DNA of 51,410 nucleotides from Macrostomum lignano (Eukaryota): NCBI GenBank assembly GCA_002269645.1, contig NIVC01004296.1, positions 1 to 51,410 of the forward strand, read 5' to 3'. Shown piece by piece: positions 12,490 to 24,400 of this stretch (position 1 is its first letter; each line of letters starts with the position of its first letter). The notes under the pieces were generated by a model. It saw only the letters and a program-made list of their open reading frames with translations, ran no database searches and was not told where the DNA came from. The position numbers and the translations under genes were made by a program.

Positions 12490-13354
12490 GACTGCATCGT
12501 CGCTTCTGTCAGGCGGTGACGGCATCGGTGGATCATCAGTCGAGCCGCTTCTGCAGCAGCGCTCCGGTGGCATCCGCAGTCTGGCCGCCTCAGCTGCTGC
12601 CGCGGCCAACACCCAGCAGCAACAGCAGCAACTGTTGCTTCAACAGCAGCAGCAAGCGGCGGCTTCGTCAGGCAACTACTATGGCCAATCCACTGATCAG
12701 GCCCACCCAGCCGACCTGAAGCAGCTGTCATCGCAGGCTATTCTGGCTCGCCAACAGCAGCAGCAGCCAGTTGTCTCCGTGGCCGGTTATCATCCGTCTT
12801 CGTACCTGACCTCCGCAGCTGCCCAGCAGCAGCAGCAGCAGCAGCAACAGGCTCAGCAACATCTGCAGACAATCCGACTCGACCCAATGTCCATAGCCGC
12901 CCCGTTGCGGTCCCAGACTCCGCCTAGGCTGCAGGAGGCGCTCAGCAAGTTGGAGAACGGCTTCAAGAAGCTGCCGCACGCCGCCGATTCTGAACGATTT
13001 CGGCAGCACACAACGCATAATCCTACTCAAGTGCCGCCCTATTATCCGCAGTCGCCGCCGCCGGGCATGGACACCGAGGAGTTCTACGCTCGGCTAGACG
13101 TGCACACTCTGTTCTTCATCTTCTACTACTTCGAGGGCACCAAAGCCCAGTACTTGGCCGCTAAAACATTGAAGAAAATGTCCTGGCGATTCCACACCAA
13201 ATATCTCATGTGGTTTCAACGCCACGAGGAGCCCAAAACCATCACGGACGATTTCGAGAAGGGCACCTACGTTTATTACGACTACGAGAAGGCGGTGCAA
13301 AAGCGACGCGACTTCACGTTCGAGTACAAGTACCTTGAGGACAAGGATCTGTGA
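8933..13354 (+). CDS. CNOT3: CCR4-NOT subunit 3 (Not3/Not5 family); exons 8933-9165, 9243-9371, 9455-9550, 9637-9750, 10064-10178, 11224-11826, 12339-13354; first coding exon not found
   Basis: N-terminal Not3 motifs [63 protein letters not shown]; C-terminal NOT box [32 protein letters not shown]...[10 protein letters not shown]; all GT-AG introns are phase-compatible. Confidence 0.95.
10320..11177. repeat. 23-bp minisatellite (CACAATCTCACGGCTTTCACTGA) in a CNOT3 intron
   Basis: About 38 tandem units with 19-21-bp variants. Confidence 0.95.
11870..12300 (+). repeat. 32-bp minisatellite (TTATCCACATCCTCCCAATGTTCAGGTGGGG) in the last CNOT3 intron
   Basis: Period 32 measured between 11918 and 11950; shorter ~27-bp variants are interspersed. 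Confidence 0.9.
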
Positions 13355-13959
13355 ATCTGCGGCTTCTATAAATAAGCACAATGGATGTAATAAGTGTGCG
13401 CTAATACCAAGGACTGGCTCTGTCCGCGTGTCCGTCTCTATACATAACCATACACATTCACTCATTCACTATAAGCGTTTGAAGATTTATATGACGGCAT
13501 TTTTGCCAACAAGTCAACCGTATCTAGGGACACCCAGTGCGCGTATTTCTTCTGTCTACGAGTACTACCCTTCTGAACTTCTCAGTCATCGATTTCTTCT
13601 GATCTGCTTCTTCTTTGTCGTCTGTCTGTCTCTGTCTTATTGTTTGTTGGTTCGCTGCACCCATTCTCCCTCTTAACTCCCCGGCCATTGACTGCATCTG
13701 CGTCACTTCTTATTACCTATTATACGACATAATATAACTAACTAAAAAAGTGGTTTTAAAACGGCAGTAATGAAACAAAAAAACATTTTGACAAGTTTAC
13801 TAGTTCTTTCGTGTTTTTGCTTCGATTTTTACACAAATTTTATTTGAATTCGCTGACGAAACTCATAGCGACTCTTGTTCTCGACATGAGTAAGGTTCGC
13901 CCTAATTACATGTAAAAGGCAAACAGCGCTGACTAGCAGTGCCTTCTGAATTTTGGGAG

Positions 13960-15232
13960 GATGTGCAGTCACCCACTGAAGGTTGGGAGGATGTGCATAA
14001 CCAGTCACTGAAGGTTGGGAGGGTGTGCATAACCAGCCACTGAAGGTTGGGAGGATGTGCATAACCAGCCACTGAAGGTTGGGAGGGTGTGCATAACCAC
14101 CCACTGAAGGTTGGGAGGATGCGCATAACCAGTCACTGAAGGTTGGGAGGATGTGCATAACCACCCACTGAAGGTTGGGAGGATGCGCATAACCAGTCAC
14201 TGAAGGTTGGGAGGATGTGCATAACCAGTCACTGAAGGTTGGGAGGATGCGCATAACCAGCCACTGAAGGTTGGGAGGATGTGCATAACCAGTCACTGAA
14301 GGTTGGGAGGATGTGCATAACCAGTCACTGAAGGTTGGGAGGATGCGCATAACCAGTCACTGAAGGTTGGGAGGATGTGCATAACCAGCCACTGAAGGTT
14401 GGGAGGATGTGCATAACCAGCCACTGAAGGTTGGGAGGATGTGCATAACCAGCCACTGAAGGTTGGGAAGATGTGCATAACCAGCCACTGAAGGTTGGGA
14501 GGATGTGCATAACCAGCCACTGAAGGTTGGGAGGATGTGCATAAACAGTCACTGAAGGTTGGGAGGATGTGCATAACCAGCCACTGAAAGGTTTGGAGGA
14601 TTGCATATAGTCAAACAAAGAAGGTAGGGAGGATGTGCATAACCAGTCACTGAAGGTTGGGAGGATGTGCATAACCAGCCACTGAAGGTTGGGAAGATGT
14701 GCATAACCAGTCACTGAAGGTTGGGAGGATGTGCATAACCAGCCACTGAAGGTTGGGAGGATGTGCATAACCAGCCACTGAAGGTTGGGGATTGGATGTG
14801 TGCATAACCAGTCACTGAAGGTTGGGAGGATGTGCATAACCAGCCACTGAAGGTTGGGAGGATGTGCATAACCAGCCACTGAAGGTTGGGAGGATGTGCA
14901 TGTGCATAACCAGTCACTGAAGGTTGGGAATGTGCATAACCAGTGAAGGTTGGGAGGATGTGCATAACCAGCCACTGAAGGTTGGGAAGATGTGCATAAC
15001 CAGTCACTGAAGGTTGGGAGGTGCATAACCAGCCACTGAAGGTTGGGAGGATGTGCATAACCAGTCACTGAAGGTTGGCATAACCAGCCACTGAAGGTTG
15101 GGAGGATGTGCATAACCAGCCACTGAAGGTTGGGAAGATGTGCATAACCAGTCACTGAAGGTTGGGAAGATGTGCATAACCAGCCACTGAAGGTTGGGAA
15201 GATGTGCATAACCAGTCACTGAAGGTTGGGAG
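13960..15232 (-). repeat. 32-bp minisatellite (CACTGAAGGTTGGGAGGATGTGCATAACCAGY) downstream of CNOT3
   Basis: About 38-40 units; the reverse complement resembles the 11870-12300 unit. Confidence 0.95.
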
Positions 15233-15559
15233 GACTGGTAGCTATAGTCGATGGCTCCAAATCCTGAAGAATTTAATTACTCTCAGCAACCACAGGATTT
15301 TGCAATTGGCTCGACATGCAGCTACGCTCGTTCGTGGCTTGCTTTAATTTCTGTTGCGGAATAATTAAAGTACATGTATAACAAACTTCATTTATGGGAG
15401 GCTTGCGTAATCTTTGAATTGCTTAGATTGAAGGTTTTGTCATATGGTATCATATTTTTTACAACAAGAATGGTGTCATATTTACACATGTATCTCTTTA
15501 ACTAAAGAAATCCGGAAGTTAGGTTAAACGCGTAAAAGCTTCCAACAGTGAGAGTGACA

Positions 15560-15870
15560 GATTTTAGCACTCTGAGTCTGTCACTCTTCAGATCTGTAAC
15601 TCTGAATCTGTAACTTTCAGATCTCTTACAATTAACAGCCAACTAACAGTTAGTACTCTTCACAACTGACAGATTGGCTGTCTGAATCTGTCACTCTCAC
15701 TACTATCAGATCGGCACTGAATCTGTCACTCTCAGTACTGTCAGATCGGCACTCTGAATCTGTCACTCTTACTACTATCAGATCGGCACTCTGAATCTGT
15801 CACTCTCACTCCTGTAAGATCGGCACTCTGAATCTGTCACTCTCTCACTTCTGTCCCAGTTTAGATCTGA
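15560..15870 (+). repeat. 37-bp repeat array, left arm (CTCTGAATCTGTCACTCTCACTACTRTCAGATCGGCA)
   Basis: About 5 clear units plus degenerate ones. Confidence 0.8.
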
Positions 15871-16370
15871 CACTCTCCCAGTTGGTAAGGAGGCGGTTCG
15901 TCTAGAAATGATCAGTCTACGAAATTTAGTTTTACTTCATAAGCTTAACGCTGCAGATACTCACAAGTGGCATTAGCTGCACATTTTGTTCTCTTGCTTA
16001 TTGAATCGAAGTGTATAAATATTAAATAAATGGCTACAGTCACAAAACAGACCATTTTTACAATTGGCATCCAATTAATAGCAATAAAATGGAAATTTAC
16101 TACGAGCTACTAGTGGATTTTCTCTATATTTTGCTGTCCTAAAATTGGAGCTCAGTCGTCCATTGTGAAATAGAAATGCTTCTTTTTTTCCTTAATTTTA
16201 ATTGCAGTTAGGGCCACTGCTATTAAAGCGTTTTAGCAATAAAAAATCATTTATGCTGGAGTCAGACTGATTTCAGAACTAGATCAAAGACGCAAAATTC
16301 TGGGAATCATAATTATGATTTCTCTTATCAGATTCACTCTTTTTGTTCTGACTATACGAATTAATCTGCC

Positions 16371-16800
16371 GATCTGACAGTAGTGAGAGTGACAGATTCA
16401 GAGTGCCAATCTGGCAGTAGTGAGAGTGACAGATTCAGAGTGCCAATCTGGCAGTAGTGAGAGTGACAGATTCAGAGTGCCAATCTGGCAGTAGTGAGAG
16501 TGACAGATTCAGAGTGCCAATCAGTAGTGTGAGAGTGACAGATTCAGAGTGCCAATACGACAGTAGTGAGAGTGACAGATTCAGAGTGCCAATACGACAG
16601 TAGTGAGAGTGACAGATTCAGAGTGCCAATCTGGCAGTAGTGTGAGAGTGACAGATTCAGAGTGCCAATACGACAGTAGTGAGAGTGACAGATTCAGAGT
16701 GCCAATCTTATAGTTGTGAAGAGTGACAGATTCAGAGTGCCAATCTGATAAATTGTGAAGAGTGACAGATTCAGAGTGCCAATCTGGCAGTAGTGAGAGA
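16371..16800 (-). repeat. 37-bp repeat array, right arm, inverted relative to 15560-15870
   Basis: Unit GAGTGACAGATTCAGAGTGCCAATCTGGCAGTAGTGA, about 11 copies; a further single unit at about 17529-17575. Confidence 0.9.
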
Positions 16801-17022
16801 AACACGAACAGAAATTGCCATTACTGTTTGCACTGCAAAGTACATGGCACGTACCGGTCGATCTTAATGCTTGTTTTATGGTTATTGTCTGCAATTAAAA
16901 CCATGTTAACAATCGCACTTACTTGACGATGGAAGAGTAAAACAAAAACGCCCCGGAAAAAATCAGTTAAAATTGCTCATAATTATTGCTGTTTCCTGCC
17001 CTCACTTCCGCTGTCTCAAATG

Positions 17023-17032
17023 TATTTATAAG
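17023..17032 (+). promoter_or_regulatory. TATA-like box of the small peptide gene
   Basis: TATTTATAAG about 80 bp upstream of GCC-ATG at 17110. Confidence 0.5.
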
Positions 17033-17109
17033 CCTACTGTTTCGTCGTGACAAAGCTAATCGAATTTAAACTTTTGGATTCATTAATTTTTTTTCGAAAC
17101 AAAAAAGCC

Positions 17110-17286
17110 ATGCGTATTTTGTGTCTTGCAGTGCTGCTGATTTGCTCTTTAGCAATGACCACCTTGGCCTGTCACCATCCAGGACATGTGTCTGACTGCA
17201 GCTGCGGTTCCGATCACTGGTGCCGTGGATCACACTCACGTTGCAAAGGCGGCTTCTGCATTGGTCACGCAGGCTGCTATCACTGA
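17110..17286 (+). CDS. Intronless 58-aa secreted Cys/His/Gly-rich peptide
   Basis: GCCATG start; signal peptide MRILCLAVLLICSLAMTTLA; mature CHHPGHVSDCSCGSDHWCRGSHSRCKGGFCIGHAGCYH; AATAAA at 17316-17321. Confidence 0.8.
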   Translation: MRILCLAVLLICSLAMTTLACHHPGHVSDCSCGSDHWCRGSHSRCKGGFCIGHAGCYH

Positions 17287-17407
17287 GTAGCCAGGCTCAA
17301 ACATTTCAGTCTCTGAATAAATAGTACAGCATTGCAACTAACGGCTACTCTTTTGTGCAATGCTAGCATCTACCCAGCTGTGAATTGCCGTCTTAGTTAT
17401 TTTGAAA

Positions 17408-17528
17408 AGTCAGTCAGTCAGTCAGTCAGTCAGTCAGTCAGTCAGTCAGTCAGTCAGTCAGTCAGTCAGTCAGTCAGTCAGTCAGTCAGTCAGTCAGTCA
17501 GTCAGTCAGTCAGTCAGTCAGTCAGTCA
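17408..17528. repeat. (AGTC)n microsatellite
   Basis: About 30 perfect copies. Confidence 0.97.
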
Positions 17529-18401
17529 ATCTGACAGTATTGAGAGTGACAGATTCTGAGTGCCCATCTGACAGCTGTTTCTGTCTTTTAAAGAAACCAA
17601 ATCGGTTTTTTATGAGCCTGAATTTAGTAATCATCGGTTTCTCAAAATTATGGCTGTTAAATGCTCGAGCTAGGTTGGAGTTCAGAATTTACTGATTTTA
17701 CAAAGCGAGATACAGAAGTAGGAAAAAGTCCGGATTTCATCAGAAATCAAATGTTTAAAACTGGACAGGCTACATATATGTGGATATATATATGAGGGGC
17801 ATGCAGATGTGGGGTGAAGGCAGCTCCAGCCAATCAACGAACGAGTGAGACTGAACGAACGAGAGGATGAAACCATGTAGTTTCTACTAAACTATGCTTT
17901 GTTGGAGGCCGCAAAAGTACATATTTTACCTCTCTCAAATAAAACGCACGTATGCTTTTGGTTCCTTCCAACATTATATTTTACATTCTCGTTGTATTCA
18001 ATGATCTACATTCAAACTAAGTCTCTTGCATAGATCGATTGCAAACTGTGAACTTTAGTGGTCGAGAGAGAGAGCGCGAAAGAGACGGAGACAGAAAGCC
18101 AGGCACGAAGGATCAAGTGCGATTTCGAAGACAATGAGCGGGTTTTATTGATCTAAAGGCTACTCACCCGGCTCCCATTCTTTTCTGCCCGCGTCTCTCT
18201 GTCTGTCCGTCTAAAACCTGCTTCAGACCGCAACTAAGGAAGCAACTTGCCGAATTCTCGCCACTCTCGAGCAATGCACAGCTGGAATGCAGTACAGTGC
18301 AGTGCAGTGTACGCCTATTTCGCAAGCTAACACTTGAAAAAAACTCTCTTAAAGCGTTGAGGGAGTGGAGAATTTTTTTCGGGAAACGAGACCTCAAAGC
18401 A

Positions 18402-21400
18402 ATGTTCCTCCTACTGAACAACGGCAAACGCGAGCAGCAGCAGCAGCAGCAGACGCCGGAGCCAACTCAGTTCGGTCGTCAGGCGTTTCAATTTGACGTG
18501 GACGACAATTTCGACGCATCCTGGGACACGCCCTCGTCACCGATGCGTCGGCAACAGCAGCAGCAGCGGCGGCAGCAGCAGCAGCAGCAGCAACCAAAGT
18601 ACTATCCGGAGAATCATCCAATTCATCCAGAAGATGAACGACTCAACGTGAAATGGCCTGCAAAACGGGAGACTCGGGCTCAGCAACAGCAGCAGCAGCA
18701 GCAGCCGTCCAAAAGTAGCGGAGTGCAAGCTGGTGTTGGATCAGCTGATTCAGATGGATCTTTTGAGCATAGGTTTGTGGCTGTGACGACGTCGTAGGTT
18801 GGGAGTGAGGTGTATGCGAGAGTGAGGTGGGTGCAGGAGTGAGGTGGGTGCAGAGAGTGAGGTGGGTGCAGAGAGTGAGGTGGGTGTGGAAGTGAGGTGG
18901 GTGCCGGGAGTGAGGTGGGTGCCGGGAGTGAGGTGGGTGCCGGGAGTGGGCTGGCATGGGTGCCGGGAGTGAGCTGGGTGTTGCGGGAATGAGGTGAGTG
19001 TTGCGGGAGTGAGGTGGGTGCCGGTGATGTGTTCCTTATTACCCGACTTTCGATAATCAAGGAACAATCACTTCTAGCTCAGCAGCTAGGCAACCCAGTA
19101 AGTCAACAGAAGGTATTCAATTACCTTGAGTCCTTTGGAGATCTCTCGGAGTAGTTCTCGATTGTTTTCAGTTGCTCTCGTATAGTCACTTCTGACTTTC
19201 GTTTGTAGATCAGGTCCGATTCTTCTTTCTTCTTCAAATAGTTCCGGCCGGATTCTGTCGCTCGGACCAATGGGAAGCTTCCGAATTAACAATGGGATCC
19301 CTGCGCCAAACTGCGGTCTAAATTAAGCCTCCTTCTTCTAGCAGTGCCTCTATGCACTCTAGGTATAGCTCCGGAAACCACTGATAGTCCTCTAAGATCT
19401 ATCAGGGGCAGTCCTTCTGGAGACTGCAACCAATGGAGTCTAAACAGACTCAAGAGTCTCAACAGACTCAAATAGACTCAAGTCTCAATAGACTTGAGCG
19501 AGACGTCTCTAACACAACGGCGCAAATAAGGAAGGCTTACCGCAACAACTCGACCGAGTCTCGATTGACTTGGTATATCAGGAAGTCCTCCTAAGGCTTC
19601 CTCTTCGGAGCGCTCCTCTTCCGTGGGGAGAATGGCTCCGGTACCGCTTCAGATCGCTTGTATTTATAGGCAAGTTTTTGATCCAAAATAGCATCATTAC
19701 AATTCTCGTGTTGCGCTAAAAGGGGAAAATGGCTCATGGCGTATTATTCTGGTAACATCTTTTTCTGTTAGCTTGATTCATTCAAAGCTTAGGCGCACAT
19801 GCGTGTACTTACTTACTTATAGTAGCATTATACGATTATCTTCTTTTTTCTGTTTTTGCGGGAGGCAGAACACTCTACAAAATCTCCCTTTTTTACGAAA
19901 AACTCGTCCCGAGTTTTAACAATGAAATAATAAAATTTTGTGGTGATCAGTTAATATAGGAAATAAACAATTGATTTTGTGCGCGTCTAGAGAAGCGAGG
20001 GTTTGGTCAAAACTCTAAAAACTTTTCAGTACATATTGCGGTCAAAACTCGAATATCGCGTAGACATCGAGTGGCGTCAGGTTTGATACGACACCACTTT
20101 CGAAACGTGCAGTCTCGCGGCATACTATTACATAAGGGGCATCCTATAATGCCCCTACTAGCGGTTTGCTTCAAACAGTGCATGCAAATAAAATGTTGGT
20201 GGTTACAATATTGAAACGTACGCCAAGAATAACAATAGGCGCATTGTCGCAAACTATCTCTACTGACGTGACAATTCTGCCAGGGCTGAATATAGTGTGA
20301 ATTACTTAAACATTGTCCGCAAACTTTATGTCCATTGATGCAAATAGTCGGTGGCTTGACAGCCAAGTCATCAGCTAAACATATCGGGCAGTCATATAGC
20401 TGCTGAGGCTGGGGCGCCTGTTTCGACAGTGCGTTACCCATAATTGTCGTCAATTTGTCGCTGTCTTTGTGTCGCTCGGATTAGTCGCCTTTTACGACAA
20501 GCTTGCGAAGCTGTAGTGCTATTCTTTATCCCGGTCACTACACGGGGTTGTTCTCGAAACTTTAGCGTGGTCGTAGGTTGTAGCCATGTGGCTGGCTCAC
20601 ATCTGTCGTTTGAGTCTCCTTGTGCTTCGTCGCGATGTGGCGGTTCGTTGAACGCGTGCGATCCGCGTTGTCCAGTGACGGCAGAAATGTTGCCGTGTCC
20701 GTGTTAATCTTTTTTAGTCGATGGATGTGCACGTAGAACTGATGTTGGTGAGGATCTTGCACATTAGCCAAACGCGCCGTTGTCGGTGAAGTTAGTTGGA
20801 CCACTCGATACGGTCCTTTGTACTTCTGCGCGTGTTTATGCGTCTGCTGTGGCGGGTAGTGTAGGTAAACGATGTCGCCGGCCGTCAGGGTTGTCGATCT
20901 CGCGTCGTTGCCGGTGGTCAGAGCCACCTGGTTGTCAATGTTGTGCTTAGCGATCTTCCATGCGAGGTGTAGTTGCGTGACGAATTTCTGAATGGAAGTC
21001 GGTATCTCCACGTACTGCGATGGTAGCAATTGCTGTGCGAGCAGATTCGGCGGTTGGAAGTCTCGTCCAAACATTAGGAAGAATGGCGTATTGTCTGTTG
21101 ATCGATGAATAGCGCTGTTGTAGGCCATTGTTACAGATTGCAGGTAGATGATCCAGTCTTCCGGCTGTTGGTGCGCGAAATGTGTAATCATCTCGTGCAG
21201 GTTGCGGTGAAACCGTTCAACCATGTTTGCCTTCGGATTGTAGGTCGATGTGTAGATCTGCGTAATGTTGAGAATCTTTACGACTTGCTGAAACAGTTGA
21301 GACGTAAACTGCGATCCGTTGTCCGAGGTGAGGTTCTTCGGCGTGCCGTACTTGCAAATGATTTCGTTGAAGAAACTCATTGCCACTGTCTGAGCTGTGA

Positions 21401-24400
21401 TATCCGGTATCGGTATGGCGATAGCAAACTTCGAGAAGATGTCCAAGGCGGTTAGGATGTAGGTGTAGGCGATGCCCTGGAGACAGCTCGGTGGCAGTGG
21501 TCCGGTGATGTCGATGCTTAGACAGTCCATTGTAGTCGACTTCGGAATGGACTGTAGCTGCGGTTTCTGTCGTCGTCCTGTCTTTGATGCAGCACATGAA
21601 TGGCAGTTGTTGCAATACTGCTTGATGTCGCCGTACATAGTTGGCCAAAAGTAGTATTGTTCCACTCTCGCGATGGTCTTTGCGGCCGACAGGTGTCCAG
21701 CGAGTGGGTTGTCGTGCAGCTCGTTGAGAATTGCTTGCCGAAACGAATATGGTACGTAGATCTTAGGTTTATTGTCGCTCATCCAGTAGAGCCGTGACTT
21801 ATTGATTGTTAGGTGTTGTCGTTGCTTGCGTAAGAATTTTCGTTCCATGGGACTGAGCTTGATGTTCTTGTCGTCGTCTTTAACCGCTTGGTAGAAGTTG
21901 TCGCGCTCGGTTTCATCCACCAACTCCTTGATGTTAGGGATTGGATGAATGGCGTTGACTTCGTAGGCTCTTGACAGGGCGTCCGCGGCTTTGTTGGTAA
22001 TTCCTGGTTTGTAGACGAGTTTGTAGTTGTAATCCTGGATCTTGAGTGTCATCCTGATGAGTCGGTTGTTGGTCTGTCCTTTTGTAGTTACGACGTAGGT
22101 CAATGGTGCATGATCCGTGCGTACTATCGTCTGTATTGGAGAACCATAGATGTAGTAATGAAACTGTCGCAGGGCGAACAAGACTCCTAGTAGCTCTCGT
22201 TCCGTAGCTGACCACTTTGTTTCATTTGGTTTGAGTGCTCGACTGACGTAGGCAATAGGTCGTTCCTTCTTGTCCTCGGTTTCCTGTAGTAGGACTGCTC
22301 CGAGTCCCGTTCCTGAGGCGTCTGTCTCGATGATAAAGGGCTTGTCGAAGTCCGGATGCTGTAGCAATGCGTCTGATGTCAGCTGTCGTTTGATTTCGTC
22401 GAAACTTTCTTGTTGTCTTTGTGTCCAGTTGTCTTGCTTCCATTTGTCGAACTTGAGCAGGTCGTACAGTGGCTTTGCTGTCTTTGCGAAGTTAGGTAAG
22501 AACTTCCTGAAGTATTGTGCAAGTCCAAGGAATGATTGGACCTTCGTTATACTGGTTGGCGTAGGAAACTTTTTTACCTTCTCCACGTTGTCTGGGTCCG
22601 GTGAAATTCCTTTGGCTGTCACTTGGTGTCCTAGGTAACGCACGTTGTCTCGGAAGAATTTGCATTTCGTCGGTTGCAGCTTAAGACCTTGGCGTTGAAT
22701 GAGCGCCAGGGCCTTCTCCGTTGCTTCGTAGAGTCGCTCGAAATCCTCTCCATAGGCCAAAATGTCGTCGACATAGTGCAGCAGGTTCGTGCATCCTGCA
22801 AGCATGTATGCTGTCAGTCGGCTCATCGTTGCTGGGCTGTTGCTAAGTCCCATCGGCGATCGATTGTACTCGTAGACTTGTCCATTGTAGGTCTTGAAAG
22901 CTGTGTACTGGCGCGATTCCTTGTCGATTTCTATTTGCCAAAATCCATGACGTAGGTCGAATACCGTGAACAGTTTTGCCGTGTTGAGCTTCGCTAGTAG
23001 TTCGGAGATCTTCGGTAGGCTTTGCTGATCCGTCGGTATGTACTTGTTCAACAGTCTGAAGTCGCATACGAGTCGTCTTTCGTTAGTCTCCTTCTTTTGT
23101 ACCAGTAGGCACGGTGAGGAGTAAGCCGAAATAGCTTTGCTGATGATGCCGTGCTTTAGCATTTTATCGATGATTTCGTCAAAGTGTTGTTGCAGATGCT
23201 TGGCGATCGGGTACGGCTTGCACTGAATTGGTTCCGTGTGCGGTAGAAGCTTGATTTCCTGTTTAATGTCTTTAGCTCGTCCGATGTCGTAATCATGATG
23301 GCAGAAAGCTTCGTTGTACTTCCACAACAGTTGTCGAACTTTCTTCTTTTGTTGTTCCGTAATCGGGCTGTCGTCCAGGTTGATTTTCTTTTGGAACTCT
23401 TCCTCCGTTATTCGTGGAGTCGCGTGCTCAATCAGCATAACCGATGCCTGAGTGTTGAGATGACCGATGCACATTCCTTGTCGTAGATGAACCATTTCCG
23501 CGTTCGGGTTGAAGATTTGTACTGGCAGCTGTTTATCTTTTGCAACCAGCACTAGTGCCGTAGGCATCATAATTTGGTGTTTAGCCGTGACTCTTCTGTT
23601 TGGGTCGAATATCATTGCTTCCTCCGTTGCGTTAGTTGCCTTTGCCTTTATCCAGCAGGCGCTCTCCGGTTGGATGATGACATCTTGTTGCAATGTTACT
23701 TTTGGTAGTACTCGGATCTGGTTAATCAATGGTTGTTCTACCGAGTCGATCTTGAACGTTTGCTTATTGAAGTCGAAGGTCAATGGTAGTCGAAGCTGCT
23801 TGAACGTGTCGATGCCAACAATAACGTCCTGGTTTGGGAGTCTGTCGATGACGTACGTTGGAACTGTTAAGTGTTTATTAGCGATTCTTAAATCAATGTC
23901 GGCTTTTCCCAGAATGTTTAGCGAATGTCCTCCTGCTCCTGCAACTGCGATTGTTGCTGGTCGTAGTGCTAGTCGTAGTTTGCTGCACAGTTGTTTCGAT
24001 ATAACTGTAATCGAGCTGCCGGAGTCGAGCAGCGCTCGACATGGTAGATTGTTGATTACCACTTGAGCCATTGCCTTGCCAATTTCGGCGTGTAGAGTAC
24101 ATACGTAGTTCTCTGGCCATTTTGGGTCTTGCTGTTCTGCTTGATAGTTGGGTGGTTGTATTCTTGGTGCCGTTGGTGTTGTCGGAATCGATGGATATAG
24201 CCGCGTTGCTAGTGTCGGTTGCCCTTGAACCTCACGATGTGCAGTTTCTGTTAGTTCTAAACTGTTGTCGCCTTCCGTTGTCGTTCTTTGCATTATGGCA
24301 TTAACTGTCTTCTTAGCTGTTGGACAAGTTTGAGTGAAGCACCGTACGATCGACGAAATGATGAAGATTGCCGTGACAATCCACACAATGCAAGCACCGT

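Noticed and set aside
13829-15219. Long minus-strand ORFs (MHILPTFSGW...)
   Set aside because: Translations of the 32-bp array in all frames.
10320-16800. Regular 23-, 32- and 37-bp arrays as CRISPR arrays
   Set aside because: Units are head-to-tail with no unique spacers, no cas genes are present, and the context is eukaryotic.
19086-19471. 61- and 68-aa ORFs within the LTRs
   Set aside because: Short, not contiguous in frame, no recognisable domain; duplicated only because the LTRs are.
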